Positions 1 to 12,514 of a DNA stretch of 64,000 nt are shown one piece after another (position 1 is the first letter of the stretch; every line of letters begins with the position of its first letter). The notes beneath the pieces were generated by a model. That model saw only the letters and a list, made by a program, of their open reading frames with translations, did no database searches and was not told the DNA's origin. Origin of the DNA: Rebecca billardiae RCC1528. Lineage: Eukaryota; Protista; Haptophyta. The DNA lies in the NCBI GenBank assembly GCA_965240325.2, contig OZ251254.1, positions 799,843-863,842 of the forward strand. Direction: 5' to 3'. The position numbers and the translations under genes were made by a program.

Positions 1-1400
1 CCTCGCAGCTCCCACTGGGGACGCTCGGCCGAAAACATCTTCCGCATGGCGCGGAGCGCATGGGCCGCGCGCGCCAAATCCAACGCCGGCGCGGACATCG
101 TGAGAGGATTCCCTAAGGGGGTTTTCGCCCGATTCGCGATTGCTGCCCTCGTCGTCTCGCGTGCAGGTCGAACGGGGCCCAAATCGACCCGTTTGATGCG
201 GTACGCTCGGCGCGTCGACACGATCGTGCGACTTGGGGCGATCCTCGCCCGACGTGCACGTCGAACGCTCGCACCGGCCATAGCATCAGACGCTGCGCAC
301 GATGGCCGCCTCGCGCGATCCACCGCCGCGCGTCGAGCTCGGTGCAGAAAGGCCCTCATCACGAGGTGTCTCGCGGGCGGGAAGCGCCATCGCACGCACG
401 GGACGCAAGATTTGGCGCGGCCTTCTGAACTCGATCGCCGGAATCCGCGCACCGGACTCAGTCCTCGCTCGCGGTCCGGTCCCTCAGCCGAAGCCCACGT
501 CCGGCCTGCATGGCGTCGACGGTGACCGATGCGACGGAAGCGCAGCGCCACGGCGTACGACGCGCAGCGGACGCACCTCCCGGGTCTGTCGCCGTGGTAG
601 CAACCGCGTCATCGCGAGTTGGCGACCCTCGCCGCAGCGCGACACAGACAAGCCCGTGATGCCATCCGCAGAGAGATGAATCGTCGAGCATGCAACATCG
701 CCGCGCCATCCTCGTCCATGGCGCAGGCGCTGCGGGACGAGGCGGAAGTCGTCACGCCGGTGACGGATGCGCTGCGATTCGTGTGCCCGCGTGAGCAGCG
801 CTTGCCCACTCTCGATCGCGAGTGGCACACGCTGTCGCTGTGCGCACAGCTCCTCGTGCCGCCGAGCACACGAGCGCCAGACCTGTCGAAGATGCGAAGA
901 GCGACGACCGCGTGAACGTCAACGCGCTCGTGCTCAGCGTGGCGGCCGTGTACGACGTCAACGCGACCTGCGCCGAGCCCATCATGCCTGGAGCGGACAT
1001 CGGCAAGCATCCTCGCGACGACCGCTCTCGGCTGGCAGGAGGACATGCACATGATCTACTCTGGCGGCTTCGTCGGCGGCGAGGCGCTCGATTACGCCAT
1101 CGCGGTCGACATGCGGCACATACAGCGCGTACCCGCGCTCGCGCGGAGCAACGGGCTACCCGCCCCGCCCCGCGTGCTGCACATTCCCTCGTGGGTGTGG
1201 GGCCTCGCTGATGCGCATAAGAGTACAGACTGAGACGTGTGACACGTCGGGGAGCCAACTTCACGTGTCACTGGTCCTTGCACTCGACTGTCCGTCACCC
1301 ACGGCCACGAGCGAATGTGGAAGGACGCGAACCCGCAGAGGATACATTGCGACAGCACTGGCACGGCCCGCCGACCCCCCCGCCCGCCAGGGCACAGTTT
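1..1400 (+). mobile_element. Hairpin-ended Ulp1 element, copy 1 (diverged short subfamily; 5' end outside window)
   Basis: Homologous to the other copies; ends with ACGGCCCGCCGACCCCCCCGCCCGCCAGGGCACAGTTT at 1400; closest to 27720-29245. Confidence 0.85.
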
Positions 1401-1415
1401 ATATAGTATCATTCA

Positions 1416-3619
1416 ATGGCGGGCCGTAGGTCCGCCCCTTGTAGTGCCCGGGAAAAAGATAAGAAAAAAGAAAAAGAAAAAAGAAAATCGCCTCGCAAAG
1501 AAAAGAAAATCGCCTCCCTCACTGCCGGGTCGCTTCGCTCACTACCGGGCGCCCTCGCAGCTCCCACTGGAGACGCTCGGCCGAAAACATCAGACGCATG
1601 GCGCGGAGCGCGTGGGCGGCGCACGCCAAATCCAACGCCGGCGGGGACATCGTGAGAAGACTCCCGAGGGGGGTTTTCGCCCGATTCGCGATTGCTGCCC
1701 TCGTCGTCTCGCGTGCAGGTCGAACGGGGGCCAAAGTCGACCAGTTTGGAAGTACGCTCGGCGCGTCGACACGATCGTGCGACCTGGGGCGGTCCTCGCC
1801 CGACTTGCACGTCGAGCGCTCGCACGAGCCATAGTATTAAGCGCTGCGCACGACAACCACCTCGCGCGATCCACCGTCGCGCGTCGGGCTCGGTGCGGAA
1901 AGGCCCTCATCACGAGGCGTCTCGCGGGCGGGAAGCGCCATCGCACGCGAAGCAAGCTTTGGCGCGGCCTTCTGAACTCGATCGCCGGAAACGGCGCACC
2001 GGACTGTCGCGTGCCACAACTTCTCAAAGCCGGGCGCATGCAAATCCGTTTGCTACAGCTGTACCAGTTCCCGGCCAAGCCGAAGGGCCGGCCCTTGTCC
2101 CGGCGATCATCTTTCGCGATCGCGGCCAAAGATCGCTCTCAGCTCGGCGCTCGCGGTCCCTCACAGCCGAAAGCCCACGTCCGGCCTTCAGCATGGCGTC
2201 GACGGTGACCAATGCGACGGAGGCGCAGCGCAAAGCGGCGTACGAGGCGCAGCGAACGCAGCTGCCGTGTCTGTCGCCGTGGCAGGAACCGCGTCTTGGC
2301 GAGTCGGCGGCCCTCGTCGCACAGCGCTACAGTATGACCGATCCCAGAGGCGCATCCGCCACGAGCTGAAACGCCGAGCGTGCAACATTGTCGCCCCATC
2401 CTCCACCATGTCACGAGCGCTGCGGGACGAGGCCGACGTCGTGAAGTCAGTGGCACATGCGCTGCGCTTCCTGTGCCTGCTCGAGCAGCGCGTGCCCACC
2501 CTCGATCGCGAGTGGCACACGCTCTCGCACTGCGCGCGCGCGCACCGCCCGGACAGCTCCTGATACCGCCGAACGTGCGGGTGCCGGACCTGTCGCGCGA
2601 AGCGGCGAGCGCCGACGAGCGCTTGGACCTGGACGCGTTGTTGCGCAGCGTGGCGGCCGTGCACGACGCCGACGCGACCTTCGCCGAGCCCATCGTGCCC
2701 GGAGCGGACATCGGCATCCTCGCGACACACGATTTCAGCTGGCGGCAGGAGGAGATGCTGTCGCGTTATCCGTACAGCGCCGAGATTACGCGGGCTCTGC
2801 GATCCATGGCGAGCTTGTGACTTGGGGCGGCGACTCGCGCAGCAGTTTGGCCGCTCGATGTACGAGTTCGCGTCCGGAGGAGTACGCGCGGCATGCAGGC
2901 TGCCGCCAGTGGGTACTGGCTACGAGTCCAAGCCCGCATGACCCTCACATCTCGAGTCTGCACCCTGCCGTTCGCTGTGTCAAAGCAGCCGCAACGAACA
3001 AGCGTCGTTGAGTGTCGATTGGCTGCGCGAGCGCGGTCTCGCCCCGCCCAACCCAAGTGTGTGCGAGTGAGCATGTGTCTTGAGCATGTGGCGTGCGTTG
3101 ACGCCATCCGCGACGGCCGACATGGCCATGGAGCGCCCGCATCACTCGCCTGCACCGTGCCCTTCATAGCCTACGGGAAGCTCCGCAAATCTGTTGATTT
3201 TGCTCTTTTTTGCCCGTTGGAGTCATCTTCTTCGCTTGGTTCTTAGTGCACTGAAAACCCTATTTTAAAGAATGAATTTTAGCGCGCGCGGGCGGCAGCG
3301 GAGCGCAACCAACCCGCGGAGTCGGGAGTGTCCGAAGGAGATCTCCGAGACGCTAAATGTGAGCCAATTCTTGTCGCCTGCGCACCAACCTTGCGCCCGG
3401 GACCGACCATTAAAGTTGAGTGAGTCTCCCGTGAGTCTCCCGGCGCTGTACGGTTATTATTCGTCAGTGAGTCAGGTAGCTCACCATCATCTGTGTGTCG
3501 CATTGTTATTCGTCATCCTGCCCGTCAAACCGCTAAATAAAAGGCGCGAACCCGCTGGGGAAATATTGCGACAGCACTGGCACGGCCCGCCGACCCCCCC
3601 GCCCGCCAGGGCAGAGTTT
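1416..3619 (+). mobile_element. Hairpin-ended Ulp1 element, copy 2 (internally deleted, interrupted by a MITE)
   Basis: Starts ATGGCGGGCCGTAGGTCCGCC at 1416, ends GGGCAGAGTTT at 3619; colinear with 7256-8762 once 2770-3453 is removed. Confidence 0.9.
2770..3453. mobile_element. Non-autonomous TIR element (MITE), piggyBac-like ends, 4-bp TTAT TSD
   Basis: Perfect 13-bp TIR CCGTACAGCGCCG/CGGCGCTGTACGG; TTAT at 2766-2769 and 3454-3457; empty site GCGTTATTATTCG present in sister copies. Confidence 0.9.
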
Positions 3620-4360
3620 AATATATGGCGGGCCGTAGGTCCGCCCCTTGTAGTGCCCGGGAAAAAGATAAGAAAAATAAAAGGAAAAAAGAAAATCGCC
3701 TCGCAGAGAAAAGAAAATCGCCTCGCTCACTGCCGGGTCGCTTCGCTCACTACCGGGCGCCCTCGCAGCTCCCACTGGAGACGCTCGGCCGAAAACATCA
3801 GACGGATGGCGCGGAGCGCATGGGCCGCGCGCGCCAAATCCAACGCCGGCGCGGACATCGTGAGAGGACTCCCGAGGGGGGTTTTCGCCCGATTCGCGAT
3901 TGCTGCCCTCGTCGTCTCGCGTGCAGGTCGAACGGGGGCCAAAGTCGACGCGTTTGGAGGCACACTCGGCGCGTCGACACGATCGTGCGACCTGGGGCGG
4001 TCCTCGCCCGACTTGCACGTTGAGCGCTTGCACGGGCCATAGCATCAAGCGCTGCGCACGACAACCACCTCGCGCGATCCACCGTCGCGCGTCGGGCTCG
4101 GTGCGGAAACGCATTCATCACGAGGTGTCTCGCGGGCGGGAAGCGCCATCGCACGCGACGCAAGCTTTGGCGCGGCCTTCTGAACACCATAACCGGAATG
4201 CACACACCGGACTGTCGTCGCGTGCCCCTGTTGGCAAGGTCGGGCGCATGCAAATCCGTTTGCTACGGTCGGTGGTGTTCCAGAGCAAGCGCTCGTCTTT
4301 CGCGCTCGCGAGCTCGCGGCCAAAGATCGCTCGGCGCTCGGGGGCCCACGTCCGGCCTGC

Positions 4361-6712
4361 ATGGCGTCGACGGTGACCAATGCGACGGAGGGGCAGCGCA
4401 AAGCGGCGTACGACGCGCACCGCACCTCCCGGGTTTGCAGCCGTGGCAGGAACCGCGTCGTGGCGAGTCGGCGGCCCTCGTCGCAGCGCGCTATCACAAA
4501 TCCCAGGTGCGCATCTGCGACGAGCTGAAACGCCGAGCGTGCAAGATCGCCGCGCCATCCTGGTCCATGGCACGGGCGCTGCGGGACGAGGCCGACGTCG
4601 TGAAGCCAGTGGCACATGCGCTGCGCTTCGTGTGCCTGCTCGAGCAGCGCGTGCCCACCGTCGATCGCGAGTGGCACACGCTCTCGCACTGCGCGCGCGT
4701 ACAACGCCAACAGCTCCTGATACCGCCGAACGTGCGTGTGCCGGACCTGTCGCGCGGAGCGGCGAGCGCCGACGAGCGCTTGGACCTGGACGCGCTGTTG
4801 CGCAGCGTGGCGGCCGTGCACGACGCCGACGCGACCTTCGCCGAGCCCATCGTGCCCGGAGAGGACATTGGCATCCTCGCGACACACGATCTCAGCTGGC
4901 GCCACGAGGAAATGCTCACGATCTCCTCTGGCGGATTCGTCGGCGGCGAGGCGCTCGACTACGTCATCGCGGTCGAGATGCGGCACATGCAGCGCGTACG
5001 CGAGCTCGCGCGAAGCCACGGGCTGCCCGTCCCGCCCCGCGTGCTGCACGTTCCCTCGTGGGTGTGGACCTTGCTCATGGGCGCGGGCGTGTACGCGTGG
5101 GAGAAGGTGGCCGACATCTTTGCGCTCTTCGACCTGAACGAGTACGACGTGCTCTCCTTCATCATCAACCAGGACGGCAACCACTGGGCGCAGGGGGTCG
5201 TGGACTTGCGCCGCGAGATCATCGAGTACCGCGAGCCCCTGGGCGGAGGCGACATGATCGAGTTCGTCTCGAACGTGCAGCTGCTGCTCGCCGACGCGCA
5301 CGAGGCCCAGCAGCAGCGCACACCGCGCACATGCGCGCAGCGCGACCCCTCCACGTGGCGCGTGTTCGAGCGCGCGCGCGAGCTGCCGTTGACGATGGCG
5401 CGGCAGGTGCCGGGCACGGTGCACTGCGCGGTGCTCGTCTTCGCGTACGTCCTCGACACCGTGCGAGGCCACGCGCCGTGCGGCATGAGCCAGCCCTTCG
5501 ACCCCAAGGAGTGGCGGCGCTTGATGCTACTCACGGCGCTCACGGGCAAGTCTTTTGCCGACGTGGCAGGGACGTGCGCGCAGCCCGACGCGGTGGCGAC
5601 GTGTGTCAAAGGCGCACGCGAGTCGGCGCGCTCGCATCCGTCGCCGCATATCGCGCAACGCGCCTCCGACCCCGCGCTCGCCGCGGAGACCAACGCCGCG
5701 GACGCGACAGCGAGCCCAGCCGCCCCCATCGCCGGGCTCCCAGCCGTTGCCGACGCCATGCGCGTGGACATGGAGGAGTCGTGCGACGCGCTCGATGACG
5801 CCGTCGCGTCGAACCGCGGCACGGCGCCGCCGCGGCACTCGCTCGCAGGCGCCAGCGCACGGCTCGGCGCCATCCGCCCCGCATCCCACGCCGAGCGGCG
5901 CAGCGCCCGTGGGCGCCTTGCAGCCGGGCGCGCCGCCGCGCGCCGACGACCACGTCGCCGAGGAGCCGCTGAGCGACGACCAGGCCGACGCCACCGGCGT
6001 GACCAGCATGGCGGCGCCGCCACACTCGCGCGTGCTGCGCTCGCAGACGTCGGCGCGCGACTCGGCGCTTTCCAGACCGCACCCCACGCCGAGCGGCGCC
6101 GCCCCCTTGGCCGCCTCGCAGCCCGGCGCGCCGCCGCCCACCGACGGCCACCTGGTCGGCGACCCGATGAGCGACGACGAGGCCGACGCCACCGGCGCGA
6201 CGGGCATCCCGCCGCCGACTCCGGACTTCGACCCGTCGCAGCACGTGCAGGGGATGATCCACGCGAACACGCACTCGTGCGCAGCGATGCTCACCTTCAG
6301 CCGCGGCGAGGAGAAGCACGCCGTTGGCATGTGCACCGTGTGCCTGCAGGTGCGCAACATTGGCCACGACTCCGGCGCCGATCTGAGCGCACGCCCAGGG
6401 TTCAACACGGTCATCGCCGCGCCGTGGGACTGCCAGCCGCGCGCGCAGCGCTATCCGGGCGCGCCCAAGTCGCGCGTGATGTGCAAGATCTGCATGGCGC
6501 TGAACACCAGCGCGGCGCGGCGCCGCACGCCGGACAACAACGAGCTCAAGGCACACCCCTACTCGGGCTTCTCCAGCCCCGCCGGCGACATGTCCAGCGA
6601 CCTCCACCACAACAACATGCACTTCCTGCCCGTGTCCGAGTACCTGCTGCCGTGCACCGAGTTCGAGCTGCAGCTGCTGGGCAAGTACGCGTGCGCCGCC
6701 ACCTACGATTTT
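4361..6712 (+). pseudogene. Transposon-borne Ulp1/SENP-like (clan CE) cysteine protease fused to Cys-rich (CxC-like) domain; frameshifted and truncated
   Basis: Motifs IINQDGNHWAQGVVDL, EYREPLG, RQVPGTVHCAVLVF; then CTVC, CKIC, FLPVSEYLLPCTEFELQLL; 4-bp deletion near 4425 (vs 18078) and 11-bp deletion near 5841 shift the frame. Confidence 0.75.
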
Positions 6713-6784
6713 AATATAAAGACCGGGCCCATTACACTGATTTCAAATAATATAAAGACCGGGCCCATTACACTGATTTCAAAT
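6713..6784 (+). repeat. 36-bp tandem duplication at the truncation point of the ORF (also at ~14275-14346)
   Basis: AATATAAAGACCGGGCCCATTACACTGATTTCAAAT x2, followed by (GAGAGACA)3. Confidence 0.9.
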
Positions 6785-7255
6785 AATAATAACCGTTAGA
6801 AATCAACATAGAGAGACAGAGAGACAGAGAGACAGAAATCGGTAGGATGCACTGACTTCCAGACGACCTGAACAAATAATGAATCAGGACATCACACTCC
6901 GCCACAACTTGAACTGTTTTCGTGTTTAGCTCCAAGGACAAACCGTCACCGTCAGGCGCACACGGGCACGCCGCCGTCGCACGCCAATCAGTTGGCAGTG
7001 CGTGCGCGCAGTCGAAGGCTCGGCACGATGACGAGTAGCACAGTGGGTGCAGGAATACACGCGCAATCACACTGTCGCTGAGCTCGCACCAGAGTCATCT
7101 GTCGCGTTATTATTCGTCAGTGAGTCGGGTAGCTCACAATCATCTTGGTATGATGTCGCATTGTTATTCGTAGTCATCCTGCCCGTCAAACCGCTATAAA
7201 TAAAAGGCGCGAACCCGCTGGGGAAATATTGCGACAGCACTGGCACGGCCCGCCG

Positions 7256-8762
7256 AACTCTGCCCTGGCGGGCGGGGGGGGTCGGCGGGCCGTGCCAGTG
7301 CTGTCGCAATATTTCCCCAGCGGGTTCGCGCCTTTTATTTAGCGGTTTGACGGGCAGGATGACGAATAACAATGCGACACACAGATGATGGTGAGCTACG
7401 ACCTGACTCACTGACGAATAATAACGCGACAGCATCTCCTCCTGCCGCCAGCTGAGATCGTGTGTCGCGAGGATGCCGATGTCCGCTCCGGGCACGATGG
7501 GCTCGGCGAAGGTCGCGTCGGCGTCGTGCACGGCCGCCACGCTGCGCAACAACGCGTCCAGGTCCAAGCGCTCGTCGGCGCTCGCCGCTTCGCGCGACAG
7601 GTCCGGCACCCACACGTTCGGCGGTATCAGGAGCTGTCGGCGGTGCGCGCGCGCGCAGTGCGAGAGCGTGTGCCACTCGCGATCGAGGGTGGGCACGCGC
7701 TGCTCGAGCAGGCACAGGAAGCGCAGGGCATGTGCCACTGGCTTCACGACGTCGGCCTCGTCCCGCAGCGCTCGTGACATGGTGGAGGATGGGGCGACAA
7801 TGTTGCACGCTCGGCGTTTCAGCTCGTGGCGGATGCGCCTCTGGGATCGGTCATACTGTAGCGCTGTGCGACGAGGGCCGCCGACTCGCCAAGACGCGGT
7901 TCCTGCCACGGCGACAGACACGGCAGCTGCGTTCGCTGCGCCTCGTACGCCGCTTTGCGCTGCGCCTCCGTCGCATTGGTCACCGTCGACGCCATGCTTA
8001 GAAGGCCGGACGTGGGCTTTCGGCTGTGAGGGACCGCGAGCGCCGAGCGATCTTTGGCCGCGATCGCGAAAGATGATCGCCGGGACAAGGGCCGGCCCTT
8101 CCCGTTCGGCTTGGCCGGGAACTGGTACAGCTGTAGCAAACGGATTTGCATGCGCCCGGCTTTGAGAAGTTGTGGCACGCGACAGTCCGGTGCGCCGTTT
8201 CCGGCGATCGAGTTCAGAAGGCAGCGCCAAAGCTTGCGTCGCGTGCGATGGCGCTTCCCGCCCGCGAGACGCCTCGTGATGAGGGCCTTTCCGCACCGAG
8301 CCCGACGCGCGACGGTGGATCGCGCGAGGTGGTTGTCGTGCGCAGCGCTTAATACTATGGCTCGTGCGAGCGCTCGACGTGCAAGTCGGGCGAGGACCGC
8401 CCCAGGTCGCACGATCGTGTCGACGCGCCGAGCGTACTTCCAAACTGGTCGACTTTGGCCCCCGTTCGACCTGCACGCGAGACGACGAGGGCAGCAATCG
8501 CGAATCGGGCGAAAACCCCCCTCGGGAGTCCTCTCACGATGTCCCCGCCGGCGTTGGATTTGGCGCGCGCCGCCCACGCGCTCCGCGCCATGCGTCTGAT
8601 GTTTTCGGCCGAGCGTCTCCAGTGGGAGCTGCGAGGGCGCCCGGTAGTGAGCGAAGCGACCCGGCAGTGAGGGAGGCGATTTTCTTTTCTTTGCGAGGCG
8701 ATTTTCTTTTTTCCTTTTCTTTTTTCTTATCTTTTTCCCGGGCACTACAAGGGGCGGACCTA
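7256..8762 (-). mobile_element. Hairpin-ended Ulp1 element, copy 4
   Basis: Reverse complement of copy 2 without the MITE; 5' end cut in the hairpin loop (GGCGGACCT/A). Confidence 0.9.
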
Positions 8763-9860
8763 ACTCTGCCCTGGCGGGCGGGGGGGTCGGCGGGCCGTGC
8801 CAGTGCTGTCGCAATATTTCCCCAGCGGGTTCGCGCCTTTTATTTAGCGGTTTGACGGGCAGGATGACGAATAACAATGCGACAGGGCTGGAGGCTTCGG
8901 CCGCCAGCCTGATCACCCGGAGCCCGTTATAAAGGGGAATTTAAAAAACACAGATGATGGTGAGCTACCTGACTCACTGACGAATAATAACGCGACAGCA
9001 TCTCCTCCTGCCGCCAGCTGAAATCGTGTGTCGCGAGGATGCCGATGTCCGCTCCGGGCACGATGGGCTCGGCGAAGGTCGCGTCGGCGTCGTGCACGGC
9101 CGCCACGCTGCGCACCAACGCGTCCAGGTCCAAGCGCTCGTCGGCGCTCGCCGCTTCGCGCGACAGGTCCGGCACCCGCACGTTCGGCGGTATCAGGAGC
9201 TGTCGGCGGTGCGCGCGCGCGCAGTGCGAGAGCGTGTGCCACTCGCGATCGAGGGTGGGCACGCGCTGCTCGAGCAGGCACAGGAAGCGCAGCGCATGTG
9301 CCACTGGCTTCACGACGTCGGCCTCGTCCCGCAGCGCTCGTGACATGGTGGAGGATGGGGCGACAATGTTGCACGCTCGGCGTTTCAGCTCGTGGCGGAT
9401 GCGCCTCTGGGATCGGTCATACTGTAGCGCTGTGCGACGAGGGCCGCCGACTCGCCAAGACGCGGTTCCTGCCACGGCGACAGACACGGCAGCTGCGTTC
9501 GCTGCGCCTCGTACGCCGCTTTGCGCTGCGCCTCCGTCGCATTGGTCACCGTCGACGCCATGCTGAAGGCCGGACGTGGGCTTTCGGCTGTGAGGGACCG
9601 CGAGCGCCGAGCTGAGAGCGATCTTTGGCCGCGATCGCGAAAGATGATCGCCGGGACAAGGGCCGGCCCTTCGGCTTGGCCGGGAACTGGTACAGCTGTA
9701 GCAAACGGATTTGCATGCGCCCGGCTTTGAGAAGTTGTGGCACGCGACAGTCCGGTGCGCCGTTTCCGGCGATCGAGTTCAGAAGGCCGCGCCAAAGCTT
9801 GCTTCGCGTGCGATGGCGCTTCCCGCCCGCGAGACGCCTCGTGATGAGGGCCTTTCCGCA
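8762..9860 (-). mobile_element. Hairpin-ended Ulp1 element, copy 5 (5'-truncated)
   Basis: 3' terminus AACTCTGCCCTGGCGGG at 8762; homology ends at 9860 before filler AATATATTAT. Confidence 0.85.
8885..8948 (+). mobile_element. 64-bp insertion with stem-loop and A-tail
   Basis: Absent from sister copies (GACA|CACAGATG at ~11761); GGCTGGAGGC-TTCG-GCCGCCAGCC hairpin; ends TTTAAAAAA. Confidence 0.75.
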
Positions 9861-9870
9861 AATATATTAT

Positions 9871-11640
9871 AAACTCAGCCCTGGCGGGCGGGGGGGTCGG
9901 CGGGCCGTGCCAGTGCTGTCGCAATATTTCCCCAGCGGGTTCGCGCCTTTATTTATAGCGGTTTGACGGGCAGGATGACTACGAATAATAACAATGCGAC
10001 ATCATACCGAGATGATTGTGAGCTACCCGACTCACTGACGAATAATAACGCGACAGATGACTCTGGTGCGAGCTCAGCGACAGTGTGATTGCGCGTGTAT
10101 TCCTGCACCCACTGTGATGCTACTCGTCATCGTGCCGAGCCGCAAAGATGTCGGCCACCTTCTCCCACGCGTACACGCCCGCGCCCATGAGCAAGGTCCA
10201 CACCCACGAGGGAACGTGCAGCACGCGGGGCGGGGCGAACAGCCCGTTGCTCCGCGCGAGTTCGCGTACGCGCTGCATGTGCCGCATCTCGACGGCGATG
10301 ACGTAGTCGAGCGCCTCGCCGCCGACGAATCCGCCAGAGGAGATCGTGAGCATGTCCTCCTGCCGCCAGCTGAGATCGTGTGTTGCGAGAATGCCAATGT
10401 CCGCTCCGGGCACGATGGGCTCGGCGAAGGTCGCGTCGGCGTCGTGCACGGCCGCCACGCTGCGCAACAGCGCGTCCAGGTCCACGCGCTCGTCGGCGCT
10501 CGCCGTTCCGCGCGACAGGTCCGGCACTCGCACGTTCGGCGGTATTCAGGAGCTGTTGGCGGTGTACGCGCGCGCAGTGCGAGAGCGTGTGCCACTCGCG
10601 ATCAACGGTGGGCACGCGCTGCTCGAGCAGGCACACGAAGCGCAGCGCATGCGTCACCGGCTTCACGACGTTGGCCTCCTCCCGCAGCGCCCGTGCCATG
10701 GTGGAGGATGGCGCGGCGATCTTGCACGCTCGGCGACTCATTTCTCTGCGAACGAGCGCTTTGGCTCGGTCATAGCGCGCTGTCGCCTGCGTCGCCGACT
10801 CGCGAAGACGCGGTTCTTTCCACGGCTGCAACCCCGGGAGGTGCGTGCGGTGCGCGTCGTACGCCGCTTTGCGCTGCGCCTCCGTCGCATTGGCCACCGT
10901 CGACGCCATGCAGGCCGGGCGTGGGTCCTCGAGCGCCGAGCGATCTTTGGCCGCGAGCTCGCGAGCGCGAAAGATGATCGCTGGTCAGGAGTCCTGTGCG
11001 GTAGCAAACGGATTTGCATGCGCCCGACCTTGCCAACCGGGGCACGCGACAGTCCGGTGTGTGGATTCCGGTTATGGTGTTCAGAAGGCCGCGCCAAATC
11101 TTGCGTCGCGTGCGATGGCGCTTCCCGCCCGCGAGACGCCTCGTGATGAGGGCCGTTCCGCACCGAGCCCGACGCGCGACGGTGAATCGAGCGAGGCGGC
11201 CATCGTGCGCAGCGCTTGATGCTATGGCCGGTGCGAGCTTTCGACGTGCACGTCAGGCGAGGATCGCCCCAGGTCGCACGATCGTGTCGACGCGCCGAGC
11301 GTACCGCTCCAAACGCGTCGATTTAGCCCCCGTTCGACCTGCACGCGAGACGACGAGGGCAGCAATCGCGAATCGGGCGAAAACACCCCTCGGGAGTCTT
11401 CTCACGATGTCCGCTCCGGCGTTGGATTCGGCGCGCGCGGCCCACGCGCTCCGCGCCATCCAGGACTCTCTTTCGGCCGAGCGTCCCCAGTGGGAGCTGC
11501 GAGGGCGCCCGGTAGTGAGCGAAGCAACCCGGCAGTGAGCGAGGCGATTTTCTTTTCTTTGCGAGGCGATTTTCTTTTTTCCTTTTCTTTTTCTTATCCT
11601 TTTCCCGGGCACTACAAGGGGCGGACCTACGGCCCGCCAT
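9871..11640 (-). mobile_element. Hairpin-ended Ulp1 element, copy 6 (both termini intact, different internal deletion)
   Basis: AAACTCAGCCCTGG at 9871 to CCTACGGCCCGCCAT at 11640; deletion junction at ~10141. Confidence 0.9.
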
Positions 11641-12139
11641 AAACTCTGCCCTGGCGGGCGGGGGGGTCGGCGGGCCGTGCCAGTGCTGTCGCAATATTTC
11701 CCCAGCGGGTTCGCGCCTTTTATTTAGCGGTTTGACGGGCAGGATGACGAATAACAATGCGACACACAGATGATGGTGAGCTACCTGACTCACTGACGAA
11801 TAATAACGCGACAGCATCTCCTCCTGCCGCCAGCTGAAATCGTGTGTCGCGAGGATGCCGATGTCCGCTCCGGGCACGATGGGCTCGGCGAAGGTCGCGT
11901 CAGCGTCGTGCACGGCCGCCACGCTGCGCAACAACGCGTCCAGGTCCAAGCGCTCGTCGGCGCTCGCCGCTTCGCGCGACAGGTCCGGCACCCGCACGTT
12001 CGGCGGTATCAGGAGCTGTCGGCGGTGCGCGCGCGCGCAGTGCGAGAGCGTGTGCCACTCGCGATCGAGGGTGGGCACGCGCTGCTCGAGCAGGCACAGG
12101 AAGCGCAGCGCATGTGCCACTGGCTTCACGACGTCGGCC
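11641..12139 (-). mobile_element. Hairpin-ended Ulp1 element, copy 7 (5'-truncated)
   Basis: Abuts copy 6 with no spacer (GGCCCGCCAT|AAACTCTGCC). Confidence 0.85.
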
Positions 12140-12514
12140 AAAACTCAGCCCTGGCGGGCGGGGGGGTCGGCGGGCCGTGCCAGTGCTGTCGCAATATTTC
12201 CCCAGCGGGTTCGCGCCTTTTATTTATAGCGGTTTGACGGGCAGGATGACTACGAATAACAATGCGACATCATACCAAGATGATTGTGAGCTACCCGACT
12301 CACTGACGAATAATAACGCGACAGATGACTCTGGTGCGAGCTCAGCGACAGTGTGATTGCGCGTGTATTCCTGCACCCACTGTGCTACTCGTCATCGTGC
12401 CGAGCCTTCGACTGCGCGCACGCACTGCCAACTGATTGGCGTGCGACGGCGGCGTGCCCGTGTGCGCCTGACGGTGACGGTTTGTCCTTGGAGCTAAACA
12501 CGAAAACAGTTCAA

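Larger units (their letters stand above)
3625..7255 (+). mobile_element. Hairpin-ended Ulp1 element, copy 3 (longest; last ~28 bp lost)
   Basis: 5' terminus at 3625; carries the protease/Cys-cluster pseudogene; stops just after subterminal IR ACGGCCCGCCG. Confidence 0.9.
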
